Assembly: GCA_964016885.1 (NCBI GenBank)
Contig: OZ024741.1
Span: forward strand, 90,768,001 to 90,832,000
Length of the DNA stretch: 64,000 nucleotides
Reading direction: 5' to 3'
DNA from: Eledone cirrhosa
Taxonomy: Eukaryota
The notes under the pieces: model-generated
Databases searched by the model: none
Seen by the model: the letters and a program-made list of their open reading frames with translations, nothing else
Told to the model about the DNA's origin: nothing
Shown: in pieces, positions 29,036-42,433 of the stretch
Position numbering within the stretch: the stretch's first letter is position 1
How the letters are laid out: every line of letters begins with the position of its first letter
Program-made: the position numbers and the translations under genes

Positions 29036-30349
29036 TCCCTTTATTTTATTTTTTTATTTTAGAGTAAAATAACGGGTATTAATCTAAGTACTATACGCGA
29101 GTACTTAGATTAATATCCGTACTCTTTACTAAATATTTTAGGTGACGAAAGCGTTAGAGCGTCGGACCTACAATATCTCTTTTGGCTTTTTGTGTTGTCT
29201 TCAAATCCCGCCCAGGTCTATATGGGTGAGAGATAAAATACGTTGGCCGGTTTAAAACCTCCACCCAAGTCCTAGCAGAACACCCTCTGTTGAAGTATTC
29301 GGGCTATGTATATGTATCGGGATATTTCTCACTATCTTTAACCAGTCTCCGTTACTGTAATAAGGCTCTGAACTTCTCTTCCTAAATATCTATTGCAAGA
29401 ATGTCTTGATGAAATCGTACTGGTGCTGTTGTGATATACGGCATGTTTTAGGCATTTGAAACCTGGAAGAATTCATCCCTCTTCTGATCATAATAGAGCC
29501 CCCCGAGAAAGACAGAGAGAAATAAAGAAATAAAGTGAGAAAGTCATATAGACGAAGAATCAACTCCAGTAATTGGTTGACACGTTTTTTATCGAACTCG
29601 AAAGAACGAAATTATATTTGGCCTCAGAGAATTTTGAAGAAGAGTAAAGAAAGCCTGAACGGATACCACGAATCATCCTATGAGGCATTCTAAGGATTTA
29701 GCCGATCGCCATCATCTTACAACTAACTAATAACGGTTATCCGATTCATTGTTCTTTTTTCATAAAAAGAACAGAATCATAGAAGGCAGCTAAATTAAAA
29801 CTACTTGGTGAATTGTTTATATTACGTTATTGCAACTGTGAAATAAATGGTATAAGTAGGCAAATAAGAGTTATTATAATAAATATTATAATTCGTATCT
29901 CTATATATATCTAAGGCAAAAAAAAGGATAAGTGACATTAACTCTTGATCGAGTCGTAAGGGAGCCGTCCTGATACATGGCATGTTTTGAGCCTGGCAGG
30001 GCCCATATCTCTACAACCGATTTCTTCCAGAGTGAGAGAGAGTACACACGTGTGTGTGTGCGTGCATATGATAAAGAAATGTAGAAGAAAGCCAACCCCA
30101 TTACTGACCTCGGTGAGATTTGAAGTCAGAACAAGGCAAACCAGCATAAATACCGAGATATTTTTATTTCAACGTCCTTATGACTCTGCTAATACACTTT
30201 TATATACCTATGACATGATGAATTATCGATAATTTTATTTTCTTTGCCTCGAACATCTCATTAGAAACATGTTATAACGGCTTTCTTGCACAAGTTTCTT
30301 GAATGTTTACAAAATAGACATGGTTTTGTATTAAGTCAATGTGGACATA

Positions 30350-30509
30350 AGCATAACTGTTTACTGAAGTAGCTCACTCCGCAATTACATGGTTTCAGGT
30401 TCAGCCCCATTGCGAGACACATTAGACAAGTGGTTTCTATTATAACCTTTGTCTGACCGATGCCTTGTGAGTGACATTAAATACACAGAAACTGTGCTGA
30501 AGCCCGTCG

Positions 30510-30544
<35 letters not shown>

Positions 30545-30710
30545 TTAAGTTTTCTGTTTGTTTATGTCGCGTAATGTAGTGGTTTCACAAAAAGAGTCCA
30601 TAGAATAAATACCTTACTTGAAACATATATGTACTCAGGTCAGTACGGTTTACTAAATCACTTCAAGGTGATGCCCCAGCATCGACATAATCTATAACTG
30701 AAACTAGTAA
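30350..30710 (+). mobile_element. tRNA-derived SINE, family B (internal TA/TG microsatellite)
   Basis: ggttcagccccattgcg..caagtggtttctattata..gccttgtgagtg..gaagcccgtcgtatat; homologous to 48098-48270. Confidence 0.72.
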
Positions 30711-30714
30711 ACTA

Positions 30715-30930
30715 ATTGTTTCTACATTTGGCTTAAGGCCAGCGATTTGAAGGGAAGGGGAAAGTCGATTAAATCGACCGCAGTTCATTACTGGTGCTTT
30801 ATTTCATCGCCCCTCTAAGGATGAAAGGCAAAGCTAGTTTCGGCGAGATTTGAACCCAGAAAATAAAGGGTAGTAACCATATGATGCAAAGCCTGTTTTC
30901 TGACGTACCGGTATTGCCAATCCACCACCC
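30715..30930 (-). mobile_element. tRNA-derived SINE, family A
   Basis: Reverse complement of the family A core (gatgaaaggcaaag..gatttgaaccc). Confidence 0.78.
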
Positions 30931-31767
30931 TTGGAAATAATAAAATAAAAGATGGATAACCACGATGTGCATATACTCCCCGCTCTAAGACACCTCACAA
31001 TCAGTTTGATAATACATTTTTTTTTATAAGAAAGCAGTAATAGAAACGAGTGGGACAAAATGCCTTGTAGTGTACTCTGTCAAGATATTCTAAGATATTG
31101 CTATAACGTGTGCCCTTAACACAGTGTATGGCAGGATTTCGTTTATGAGGATTATTAAGACAAAAACATACTGCCAAAAACTTGGACTCACTCCCCATTG
31201 GTTTCAATATTTTATTAATTTTAATTAATTTAAAATCCGTCCTTGCCTTTCTGAAACAAAATTAATCACCAGGATCATGACTTCTTTTGCTCATTGGGAG
31301 CGTAACTTTAATTTTTATATTATGCATGTTAGCACCCACTTGACAACTTGTACTCGTGGCTTAGCTTGGCTTACGAATTTTGGGTCGTGAGTTCGATTTC
31401 CTGTGGTGTTTTTATTTTCAAACAAGAGAGTTTACTTCTGGTCATTGTGGTACATGAGAACAACCTTTTTACTCTGCTGCGCCAAGAATTGCGGTAAAAG
31501 TACACGTGTCTTTGGAATGTCCAGCTACTTACACGTTAATTTCACGCGTAGATTGTTCAGTTGATTAAACAACTGGAATATTGGTCGTTGGAACCGACTG
31601 AGGTCCAACACACACGCACGCACACACGCCCACGCATACACACTCACACAACCTGTACTGTTTAACTTAGTTTACGTTCTGAATTCAAATAGTTTCTGTC
31701 GACTTTGGTTTTCATTTCTTCGATCTCAATGAAATAAGTACAAGGAAGTACATCTCAAGAAAATAGA

Positions 31768-32090
31768 AGGTGAATTGATTTAATCGTTAGAACGTTGGAC
31801 AGAATGTGTTGTGGTGTTCGTTCCGTCTCTCTCTGCGCTTTGAGTTCAAATCGAGCCAAGATCAACGTTGCCTTTCATCCTTTCGAGGTCGATAAAAAAC
31901 TTACCAGATCAGTACTGGGATCGCTTCTTCCTCTGATCCATTCCTCATTTCCTCTCTATAACCCTCTCTCTCCTTCTCTGGAGGGAACCGGCTGTGTTCA
32001 AACTTGGGGAGGGGATGGGCTCTGCTACGATTTAAAATAAAGCCTCCAAAACGCCCTATATCACTACGGCACCAGCAGGAGTTATGGGTC
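31768..32090 (+). mobile_element. tRNA-derived SINE, family A, with extended tail
   Basis: gagttcaaatcg..ttgcctttcatcctttcgaggtcgataaaa, then ctctggagg..gggatgggctctgc tail. Confidence 0.78.
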
Positions 32091-33299
32091 AGAACGAAGA
32101 AAAAAAGACATCCCAAAAATAAATTTTAAACATATCGCAATCTGTGATAGCAATACTGGCTTCCATTGACTAGAGGCAACAACATATTTTGCAGGAGAAA
32201 TTGTATGTGGTATAAACGTTCCTACTACATTGTTGATATTTATTTTATCGACTGCTCCAATCCCCAACAGAATTTGAACATAAATTTAGAAGCACAAGAC
32301 TAAATACTTTAAAGCATCTAGTTCTGCCAACTGAACACTCTTAGATATTGGATTCTTGCGGCAAAAAAGAAAGTTCCAATAGAATAGAAGAGGTAATGGA
32401 TATGCCGTCTCCGAGAGTTCCAAGATCATCTTAAAACACCTTAAAATAGTAAGAGCACATTAGATAATGTAGTAACAGATGCACTGTCTGAAAATGAAGG
32501 ATTGGTCACCAGTAGTATGTATTTTGATATATGAGTGATGAAACAGAGTTGTCCTGATGCTACATTAGCATCAATAATAAAAACAAGAACCCCACTAGCT
32601 AAGAATCGCCAAAAGATTCACTGAAGAGCTACATTTTTTACAAAATTCATCGCCGGGTTTGTTCATCTTTATTTTCTTAGTATGCTCTAGGTTCATATAT
32701 TTTATAGTTATGGGAAATAGAGGGGGTTATATTTCTAAGGTCACCAAACAAAATAACATCAACTGTGAATTAAAGCAAGTGTCCTTGGTTGACTTCGATC
32801 TTCCGAATAGCATATTTATTTCTTGTTTTACGGTACTCACTAGCATTTGTTTTTTAATAAAATTGTTATATTACCAAGTAGAAAGAAGTCTATGTGCTTA
32901 GCTTATCACATAATTGAATAGATTCTGTCAATAAATAAATGATGTCTTGATAAAACCGAGATAAGATTTTGAGAATAATAAACAAGAATACAACAAAGAA
33001 TCACAAAGAGGTAAACTATAAAGCAATAAACAAATGAAAACATCTATGCAACAATATTAAATTATGTCACGAATTCATTTTATGAATATTATTGGGTGGT
33101 GTTAAGTAATCTACCTAGTACCAATAACATTCTAAACAGCCACACTCCCCATCAAATCTAGTGAAAAGAACTTTCAAAGGACCATATCTTTAACTATACT
33201 TAGATTTTCAAGAATTCAAACAAAAGTATGTTGTATGAATATTTCCCATTAGTTATCTATAAAAGTATGAATGTACTTTTTAAACTCTTGTTGTTGGAC

Positions 33300-33590
33300 C
33301 TCCAACGTTTCGAACGATGAGTGCTCTTGTTGATTCAATCAACGGAACTACTAGATCATTTAGTTAACGTGAGCATTCCACAGACACGTGCACCCTTTGC
33401 ATAGTTCTCAGGATGATTTGGTGTGACAAGGTCCCTTGAATTACAGTTACAACTCATTTTTGCCGGCTGAATGGATTGAAGCAATGTGAAAATAAAATGT
33501 TTTGTCCAAAGACACAACGGGCTCCCGGTCCGACAACGGAACTCGGGATCGTGAGATGAATTCACTAACCATTAAACCAAGCGCCTTCTG
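33300..33590 (-). mobile_element. tRNA-derived SINE, family C
   Basis: Homologous to 25530-25825 and 58110-58395 (acaactcatttttgc..aatgtgaaaataaaatgttttgtccaaagacacaac). Confidence 0.75.
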
Positions 33591-34739
33591 TGTATGTATT
33601 TATGTGTGTAGTTCTATATGCTACAATATTGATTAGACAGAATCTTCCTAGTGGCAAATATCTCGATTTCGACATTTGCATGGGATTACTAGAGTTGGGG
33701 CAGTTGTGACATGTAACATGATTTGTATTCCGAAATTCGGAACTTTGGAGAGGAGGAATCTCAATAGAGATATATAGAAATCTACAATATTAAATTGGGT
33801 GAATTTGCAGGCTTTCTTTTTAATGCTGTAGAACCATTTGATTAGAGCAGTGCTGTAGATCCATGGATCTAAACTCGTACGTCTTCAAATTTTAAGATTA
33901 ATTGCTTCGAAACTACACTAACAAACTGTCTAATTCACATTTGGATGTGTGTATTAGCTTACAAAGGAAATTGGAAAGAGAATTAAGCTTTTTATTATTA
34001 AAGGGAACATGATGGGTTGTATGGTGAGTTGATCCACACGGTCTTCTATATAGAAAATCGCCAATCCTCTCGTTGTGATATTTATGACGTTGTGTGTTGC
34101 TAGGCTGGATTCTTTGGTAATGTCGTTCATTAAATTATTATTGTGAGGTGGGGAGGGCGCTTATTTTATATATGATCACGAATTTGTCTGCAAGAATGTA
34201 TTCATTAGATGAATGCCAAATTGTCGAATTAAACAAATTGTGAGGCCACCGAAAGCTAATCTTTTCTGTCTTATAAATGAGATCAGATTAAAAATTCTCA
34301 AGAACTTTCACAGTTCAAGTTCATATTTGTCTCCAATTTCGAAATAGACCTTTCGGCGCATAACATTAATCCCTCTTTCTATATTAATCCCTCTTTCTAT
34401 ATTAAATAGCCTATAGGCTATTTTGAAAATGACTATTTTGAAAATTTGGACTGTGAACAACAATTATAATTGAGTGGCTGCTATTTGCAGTATAGCAATA
34501 TAAGGTTGCACTTACCAATGAAACGGTCGTAAATACCTGGATAAAATCCTTCTCTTAATGCTTACCTGTGTTTTTTCTCTTTTATACTTTATACTCCAAG
34601 ATTGAACGGAATTCTTACAAACTTGTGGAGTTACCCCTAACCGTACGTTGAAACCATCCATGAAACTGGCTTTCTTAACCAAAAACTGGATCACAATAAG
34701 CAATTTTTTGCTTCTCTAACTATATATATATATATATAT

Positions 34740-34985
34740 ATAAAGAAAATGAGGTTTTATTTAAATTTAAAAAAATCAGATGTCCTACACTGGTGAAAGT
34801 ATAAGGAAAAGAAATCGAAAATGCAACTGGAGTCTTTTTAAGAAAATTTATTTATTTCCTTTACCGGTTTCACAGTCCTTATGCTTTTTATAAGTAGAAT
34901 TGAGATGGAGGGTTTGAAACCGGTAAAGGAAATAAATATTCTTAAAAAGAGTCCAGTTGCATTTTCGATTTCTTTTCCTTATGTA
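34740..34985. repeat. Fold-back element whose arms both begin at the hammerhead 3' half GAAACCGGTA
   Basis: aaggaaaagaaatcgaaaatgcaactgga..ttcctttaccggtttca / tgaaaccggtaaaggaaa..tccagttgcattttcgatttcttttcctt. Confidence 0.8.
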
Positions 34986-35218
34986 TATATATATATTCTC
35001 AGGGAAATGGTAAAACTCGGCGTATGCAAGCTGTTAAAACAGAAAAATGCCGCCGAAGCGGCGTTGGGAAAATATTGCCTCGAGGGACAGGGATCAACGC
35101 CTAGATGTGAGTTAACTCGACTCGAAGGAAGAGAAGATGGGAAGAAGGAAAAAGAATGTATGAGAGTGAACAGGTCACAAACATTAAATAAGTCTCTTCA
35201 GGTCTCAACCCCCACCAG

Positions 35219-35267
<49 letters not shown>

Positions 35268-35399
35268 GGAAAAGTGGCGTGCTGCATTGTTGCGAATGTG
35301 AACATATGAATGAAAATACACCGAGACACGACTGCCCATCATCAGTAGTCTGCTGATTATCATGGGTATTTCTTCACATTAAAGACTAGATACCTAAAA

Positions 35400-35834
35400 T
35401 CAGTGCGAGCGATAACTAAATTACGCCATTTTTATTCAGTCTGTCTATATATTTATTTATTTATTTGCTTGTTTGTTTATTTTATTTTGTCTTCTTTGCG
35501 CATGCGTTTGCGTGTGTGTATAGTGTTTTGTCTGCTGTGTGATGGGTGACTAGTGTGTGTTTATGTGCTTGTGTATGTATTTATTTATTTATTTATTTAT
35601 TTATTTATTTTACTTACTTATTTATACTTCTCTTAGGTCAGTGTTGTTTGTTTGGGTGTTGTTGTTATTCCATTCATTCTTTCTGTTTAGCCTTGGTCTT
35701 CTAATTTCTATTTCACTGGCCTCTCTGATTTGCCTATCTGCTGGGTCATTTCTATGTTTAGATATTATTCTAATTTCTATGTTGTCTATGTTACCGTCAT
35801 GTTGTTGTCTAGCATGTTCGTATAGTTTCGACAC
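35400..35834 (-). mobile_element. Penelope-like GIY-YIG C-terminal fragment plus 3' UTR
   Basis: SKLYEHARQQH..IEIRII..RQIREASEIEIRRPRLNRKNEW; the UTR is shared with 19040-19170. Confidence 0.75.
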
Positions 35835-35876
35835 ACGATTTCATATAAAAAACCTCACAAAACTAATTCATCGCCG

Positions 35877-35911
<35 letters not shown>

Positions 35912-35912
<1 letters not shown>

Positions 35913-36162
35913 CAAAGTGACACAGAGGAGATTGAGGTTAGCTGGACATGCTCACCGACATCCAGAGTTGACATTGCACTCAGTGCTCCTTTGGGAGCCG
36001 CTACATGGACACACTAGAAGAGGAAGACCAAGGTTAACGTATGTTGATGCCCTAAGGACAGACACTGGTCTGTTGGAGACGCAGGACATGGCAGCGATAA
36101 TGAGGGACAGAGACCGCTGGAGAGAACTCGTCCATGGATCTCGGGAATGTTACCCTCCTTAG
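35912..36162 (+). mobile_element. 3' fragment of the same RTE family as 16245-18512
   Basis: KVTQRRLRLAGHAHRHPELTLHSVLLWEP..RECYPP*; near identical at nucleotide level. Confidence 0.92.
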
Positions 36163-36177
36163 AGATAGAGATAGAGA

Positions 36178-36254
<77 letters not shown>

Positions 36255-36259
<5 letters not shown>

Positions 36260-36419
36260 AATTGGAGACTCCGACGGCTGAGCTCCAGTCGTTTCAATCA
36301 CTGTTGAAACGGCAGGAGCTCAGCCGTCGGGTCCCGAATTTTTCATACGATCCACCCTACTACCCCAAGTATCGAGTACTCTGATGAGTAATGGTCTAAC
36401 TGTTTTTTACCACTTCCAT

Positions 36420-36420
<1 letters not shown>
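36255..36420. repeat. Palindromic hammerhead-half element (family of 9080)
   Basis: ccgacggctgagctccagtcgtttcaa tcactg ttGAAACGGCaggagctcaGCCGTCggg. Confidence 0.78.
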
Positions 36421-36498
<78 letters not shown>

Positions 36499-36500
<2 letters not shown>

Positions 36501-37100
36501 CGAATGCCAACACAAGAGCAAGAATGAAGTGTTCATTCTACTGAAATGGCTATAAAATTGAGGCTTGTTTGCATAATTGCAAACGAATCGAATGTTATTA
36601 TTAATATTTGAAAAACTCAGATTACATTTATTGTATTCAGCCATGTAGAGCGAAATTTTCTTTTTTATTTGAATTTAGCAAAGCCGGCCATTTATCGCTC
36701 GTATACAGAAAACTGACTGGCCAGTCTGCTGATATGCAAATCTGGCTGATCAGTGGATCTGCTAATATGCAGATCTGACTGATCAGCCAGTCTGCTAATA
36801 TGCAAATCAGACCGATCAGTCACTGTGTATTTTTGAAAATAGCATATATTTTCACTAGCTCTGACAGTTTGGCAGGTGAACAGTGAGCTGTACTTATGAA
36901 GGGTAATACCCAGAAGCATTAGTGTCTGCAGTTCTGTTCGCATACCAACACAAGAGCAAGAATGAATGAAGTGTTTATTCTACTGCATGGCTATAAAATT
37001 AAGACTTGTTTGCATAATTGCAAACGAATCGAATGTTATTAATATTTGAAAACCTCAGATTACATTTTTTGTATTCAGTCATGTAGAGCGAAATTTTCTT
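36499..37100. repeat. ~155-bp direct repeats (36505-36662 and 36946-37100) flanking a 33-bp minisatellite (36712-36818)
   Basis: ccaacacaagagcaagaatgaa..catgtagagcgaaattttctt occurs twice; unit gccagtctgctaatatgcaaatctgactgatca occurs about three times. Confidence 0.85.
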
Positions 37101-38283
37101 ATATATATATATATAAACAGAGGATGTCTGTCTGTCTATCTGACTGTGTAAATCTCTAAATCTCGAGAACAAGAAGTACCCTACCGAATTTTTTTAAACT
37201 TTACAGATGCGTTACCTATATTTCTTTTTCTGCCCGAAAAACCGCATTTTAAAGGCATTTTTAGGCTTTTTTTAGGCGTAACTTAAAGATAATGCAGCCG
37301 ATTTCCTCGAAATTTGCAGCACACATTGGTTAGTCCCCTTGCATTGCTGTAGACAAAGAAATTTCCAATTCCATTAATGGTTTTTAGGAAATTTACGAAT
37401 TAGTATTGGGCATTTCATGCCATTTTCATTTTCAATATAAACGCTACTTAAACATCGTAAGTAGCGTATAATATTTCGTTAAAAATTTGGTTTATTTAAC
37501 AGAGGAAACGACACTTACTTACATTTAAGCAGGACCATTTTCGGGGATTGAGGAAATGAGGACGTTAACATTTTTGTCGGCGCCCTGTTGACGCTTCGGT
37601 CCCTGTGTACGTTGCCGTGTTATTGACACCGTAAAACTCACGTCTGTGCTACTTCTACTAAAACCCCTTTTGTTGCACCTACACCGCAGTATGAACGCCC
37701 TGCGCAAGTACGCCGAACAGCGGTTGTGCTAATTCCGCGGTGACCCCCACTTGAAATTGTTGATGGTGACCCCAATAGTAATTCCGAAGCGTTCGGCATC
37801 CGATATAACAGTTCGGTCTATATCAGCTTAAGTAGATTTACGAAAACGATATGGTCTCCTGTGGGGAAAGCCCAGCATGCCGTGCGGTTGCATGACATGT
37901 CTTACTCAAGCATTGCAGACTTTACTCTGTACAGTATGCATGCAGGTGCAATAGACATAACTGATGATGTCTGTCCGGATGACTGGGTGCGAATCTATAA
38001 AACTCGAAAAGTACCTAACCGATTTTCTCCAAATGGAGGAAAAATGCATCTCTAAGATTTATTACGCTCGAAGAGTTTCCAGCTGATTTTCTTCAGATTT
38101 TGCACATGCATGCAGACGTTTCACGATTCGGGCGTGCTGGTGTTCTATGTTTCCAGTAGATGAACAATCATTCCCTGAGAATAAGGGAATTCAAAAGGTA
38201 CACAGCTACATTCCTCAATCTTTGCATATGCGTGTTGCTATTTCACGTTTCCTACCGCGTGCAACGCCGGGGCCTGCTGCTAG
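37101..38283 (+). mobile_element. Non-autonomous Helitron
   Basis: 5' tatataaacagaggatgtctgtctgtct..; 3' hairpin ccgcgtgcaacgccgg then CTAG|T at 38280-38284; no TSD evident. Confidence 0.8.
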
Positions 38284-38310
38284 TATATATATAATATAGA
38301 ATATAGAAAT

Positions 38311-38361
38311 GTCTTCTACAGGACTAGAACTGTTTCATTCGGCAGAAATCATCAGGAAGCC
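38311..38361 (-). ncRNA. Type I hammerhead ribozyme with a full stem III
   Basis: Minus strand: ggcttc CTGATGA t-ttc tgcc gaa-t GAAACAG ttctagtc CTGTA gaagac; homolog at 54887-54935. Confidence 0.78.
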
Positions 38362-38451
38362 GACTGTCAAAGTAATATGGTCGTATATAAGCGTTAACCT
38401 AATATATCCTTTCCATATACTGTACTGATCGTGTTGTTATTTCTGTTTACC

Positions 38452-38539
<88 letters not shown>

Positions 38540-38542
38540 GTT

Positions 38543-38705
38543 ATTGGCATCTGTCGGTCTCGAAAGATCATGGATCTGCACCTGGAGAAATTTGTGTCGG
38601 CTGCTGATGGCGGTGCAATGTCTGCTGTGGCTATACAAGCAAACACGGGAGCGGCAATCCTGTATACAGCGACTGCATTTGTAGATGCACTCCTGCTGCC
38701 TTTAC
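38543..38705 (-). mobile_element. RTE (BovB-type) LINE extreme 3' end with terminal zinc finger
   Basis: Minus frame IYKCSRCIQDCRSRVCLYSHSRHC resembles the RTE terminal CxxC..SR.GL.SH.R motif; short UTR runs into (TA)n. Confidence 0.6.
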
Positions 38706-39028
38706 ACAAAAGAGGGTTTAGAAAATGCAATGACCGACCGTTTGGTTATTTAAAAGGATTTTCTATTCATGAGTCAAGTAATTTGATGATTATTTATATA
38801 TTTTTATTTACTTTCACCGATTTCAGTTGTGTTTACAGCCTTCTCAAAAAGATTTTCGGTACGGTCTTTCGAAAAATGTTTTTCATTTATATTTATGTCA
38901 CGTGGTCGGTCGCTTCCGTTCTTGTTGAACACAAGGGACGCAACATGTTTTATCTTTGTCGCTTATTTCGAGGAAAATATGGTTCATTACAAGGGACGTA
39001 ATTCAGGCTTTTTTAATTAAACATTTCT

Positions 39029-40400
39029 TTAAGTGTATAAAAAATTGAGTTTTGATTGGAATTTACTTATGAAAAATCTTTCCTTATTAATATGTTTTAC
39101 CTGAGTGAAACTTTTACTACACTGGTAAAATGGGAAGACATCGAAAGTTGGCAGAATTCGTCCTCCACATTCCTTTATATATTGGTTTACAGGAATCTTT
39201 CTGGTGTGTGAATCCCTGATTAGTTTGCGGTAAACTGACTTTCGTCTTCGGAGTGAAAATCTTGTTAGTCCAATATAATGTCCGGGGCAGCCTTTACACG
39301 TTATTGTGTATATTAGATCCTCCGAGTTGAAAGAAAAGTTATTTTTATTTTTAAGATTCAATTCATTGCTCTCTAACAGATAGTTGCATACTCCGCAGTG
39401 AGGTCTATTGCACTTTTTAAATTCATGTTCTTTAATAACGGTTTGTAGCTCTGCATTCCTTAGAATCTTTTTTAGTGATTTTGGTTGTCGTTTACGTTTT
39501 ATGATTGGATGTTTTTGAAAGATGTTTTTCATTTTCTTGTTCTTTAGTAAGAGAGGTAAGTTTAGTTGTATGTGTGTGTAAATATCTGTTTTCTTTGTAT
39601 TGAAAGTTAAAATGTATGGTATGACTCTTTATTCTTGTTTTGGTTTCGTTTTTCGGAGTGTTTGGATATTCATTTGACTTGGTTTTTGGATACTATTGTT
39701 GATTAAATTCTGACGATATTTTCTTTTGATAATTATTACATCTCTTCAAGTCTATGGTCTCTGGCTGTTGGATGTGAGACTATTGTACAGATTCCCTTGG
39801 CTAAGTTAAAAGGGATGTTGGTACGGGTGTGTGATGGATGAGAAGTAAAAAGAAGGGATTGTCGGGAGTCAGTAGATTTGAAACATATGTCAGATTATTT
39901 TTGTTAGGATATCTAAAAATGAAAGGTTTGTATGGCTGAAATCCATTGTGAATTGGATATTCTGGTTTATATCTTTGATGAGGGTTTGAAATGTCTTTAA
40001 TTGGTAAAGATTCTCCCTCCACAATATGAAGCGGTAGTTGTTCTGTTATTTTTTTTTTTTTTTGTAAATTTATAATTCATGGTGTCCCATGACTAGGTTG
40101 GCATATGTTCGAGTAACTTTTAAAATGAATTCAAGTCCGTCTACGATAAAGCGGTCTGGTAGTCTAGCCAGTATTTAATGGCTTCGATTCCGTAATCGTA
40201 TGGAATGTTACTGTATAGGCCCACAACACCCAATGAGATCAGTTAAGTGATTTAAATTATATTATCTGGTAGATTGTTGATAAAATATAAATCATCTCAT
40301 ATGAAACTCCGAATGTGTTTGAGGAGAGATTTCAATAAAATGTCTAAGAGATTGCTTAGGTGATGTGTTTCACAAATTGAGTCTACTATAATAGGCCTTA
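39029..40400 (-). mobile_element. Degenerate Penelope-like element (RT remnants plus GIY-YIG)
   Basis: RPIIVDSICETHHLSNLLDILLK..SLYSNIP remnants; ORF 39029..39532 KCNRPHCGVCNYL..LIYTITCKGCPGHYIGLT..KERFFISKFQSKLN. Confidence 0.87.
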
Positions 40401-40401
40401 G

Positions 40402-40439
<38 letters not shown>

Positions 40440-40875
40440 TAAAATAACAGATTAAAGTTTAAGCAAAGAATTGCTGCTTTCACCCTTAACGGGATCTTCT
40501 GAAACTAACAAAGTCAATCTGTAAACGCAGAAGTGGATATTTAAAAAAACGTTGCAACCGGAGGAAGACAGGAAGACGATACTTTGGTTCGTGGAAACGT
40601 TCCCTGGCAAAGAACGGGAAAAAAACGAATATAATACGTCATTAATAGGAGCGGTGAAAAACAATTACGCGCAAAGACAGAACCACGTTTATGGTATTAA
40701 ATAAGTCGTAGACTAATGTTCTCTTAGGTGGTTCATAGAGACGTTCTCTGGCAATGAACGGAAAAAACAAAGATATTTTGCTCTACGGTTCTTATATATT
40801 TGATATATATTTGATATATATTCATCCTTATCGAGCCCTCTTTGGATTTTAGTCTTCAAATTTATTATTATTACA

Positions 40876-40955
<80 letters not shown>

Positions 40956-42433
40956 ATACTTACATATTTAAAATTCTCATTGTACGGGGGTCAATAAAAG
41001 AAAGAAATTTCGAAGCGAGGAGTAAACACCAATTGGTTGTAGGTCTACAAATAAAAGATTTAATCGTGTATTTAGTATGTATTTGGTACATGACACACAA
41101 GAGAGATTGCAGCATAAAGTGGTTCACCAAAAATACTAAACTGAATACATTACTTTATATTTTATTCGCGACAAGATACACATTTTATAGTGTGATTCAA
41201 CATTGAGACATCGAGGCTTTCTGTAAGATATGAATTCACCAATAGTACTCTTTATAATTTCAGATGCACAATAAAAGACGATTAAAACAATATTTTATTT
41301 TTTGTTAACGAAGTACAAATAACATTATAATTTAAGGATGCATTTAACAAAATGTATGTCTTTCCTGAAATTATTAGTGACATCATCGGAATTGTATAGC
41401 TTCCTCTACCCAGAAAACACAACCGAGTAACACTTTATTCCTCATTCTACCGCAGTCAGTATATGATGCTGCAAATATAGAGGTGACAAGCTGAAAGCTT
41501 AAAAAATAGCTTCAATTAACGATGGGGTATTACATTCTTTCTTGATATACATCTCGAGTTAAAAGCATAGAAGGGATAAATAAATTTCAGTTCAGTTGTA
41601 AATTATACTGTTTCTCTGCCTTTTATTTCATCTCATTTCATTCTGTTTGCAGATGCGAGGACAAATAAAAGTCTTCCATTTTTATGTACATTAACTTAAC
41701 ATATTTGTACACGTTCTTATTTTTTTCCTTAACATCTCCTTGATACGGCAATATGTTTCGTATACAGCAAGGTAAATGCATAAACTAGTGCATGTATTTG
41801 TTGGCAAGCGAAGTACATATAGGTACATACATTAATATTTGTATATAGACAATAATACGTGATCTGAAACAAACGTTTACAAAAGCAATTTTGCTTTTCT
41901 TTACATTAGAAGAACAAGTTTCTTAAGCTCTTTTATAAAGGTTATTATTCTAAACCTATTGTTATTAGGGATTACGTAACTCAAGGATAGAAGTGGGACC
42001 AAAACAAAAATTTAAAAAAATAAAATGAAAGAAAATGCAATCCTCTGGCTCCATTGCAGAAATCCATAACAAAAGACTTATAAAAATAACCTTTGACATC
42101 TTGAATTCAATCGTTCTACTTTTAAAGGTTATATAAATAAAACTGATAAACGTATTGAAAATATTTAAGTGGTACGATTGATTCATGCATTTGCAGGAAA
42201 TATAAACATTGTCTGCACATACGTATAGCTAAAAACCACTTTCGTACCCAAATCAATCATCTTTATTGCAAGGTGAGAACTGAGAGGAATTGTATGCCAA
42301 GAGAAACTTGGAAAACACTTTCATAGAGCGTCTCTATTGTAAGAAAATGGATCACCTTCAAAAGTCAATTTGACACAAAACAGATTATTGACAGTAGGTT
42401 TTTTCAAAATAATCTTTTACGCACCAACTAATA

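Noticed and set aside
40460-40505. Hammerhead-like CAGAAGA tcccgttaagggt GAAAG on the minus strand (similar decayed cases at ~5885-5910, ~7990-8025, ~19725-19760, ~40810-40860)
   Set aside because: Catalytic core mismatched; possibly decayed ribozymes but not supportable individually.
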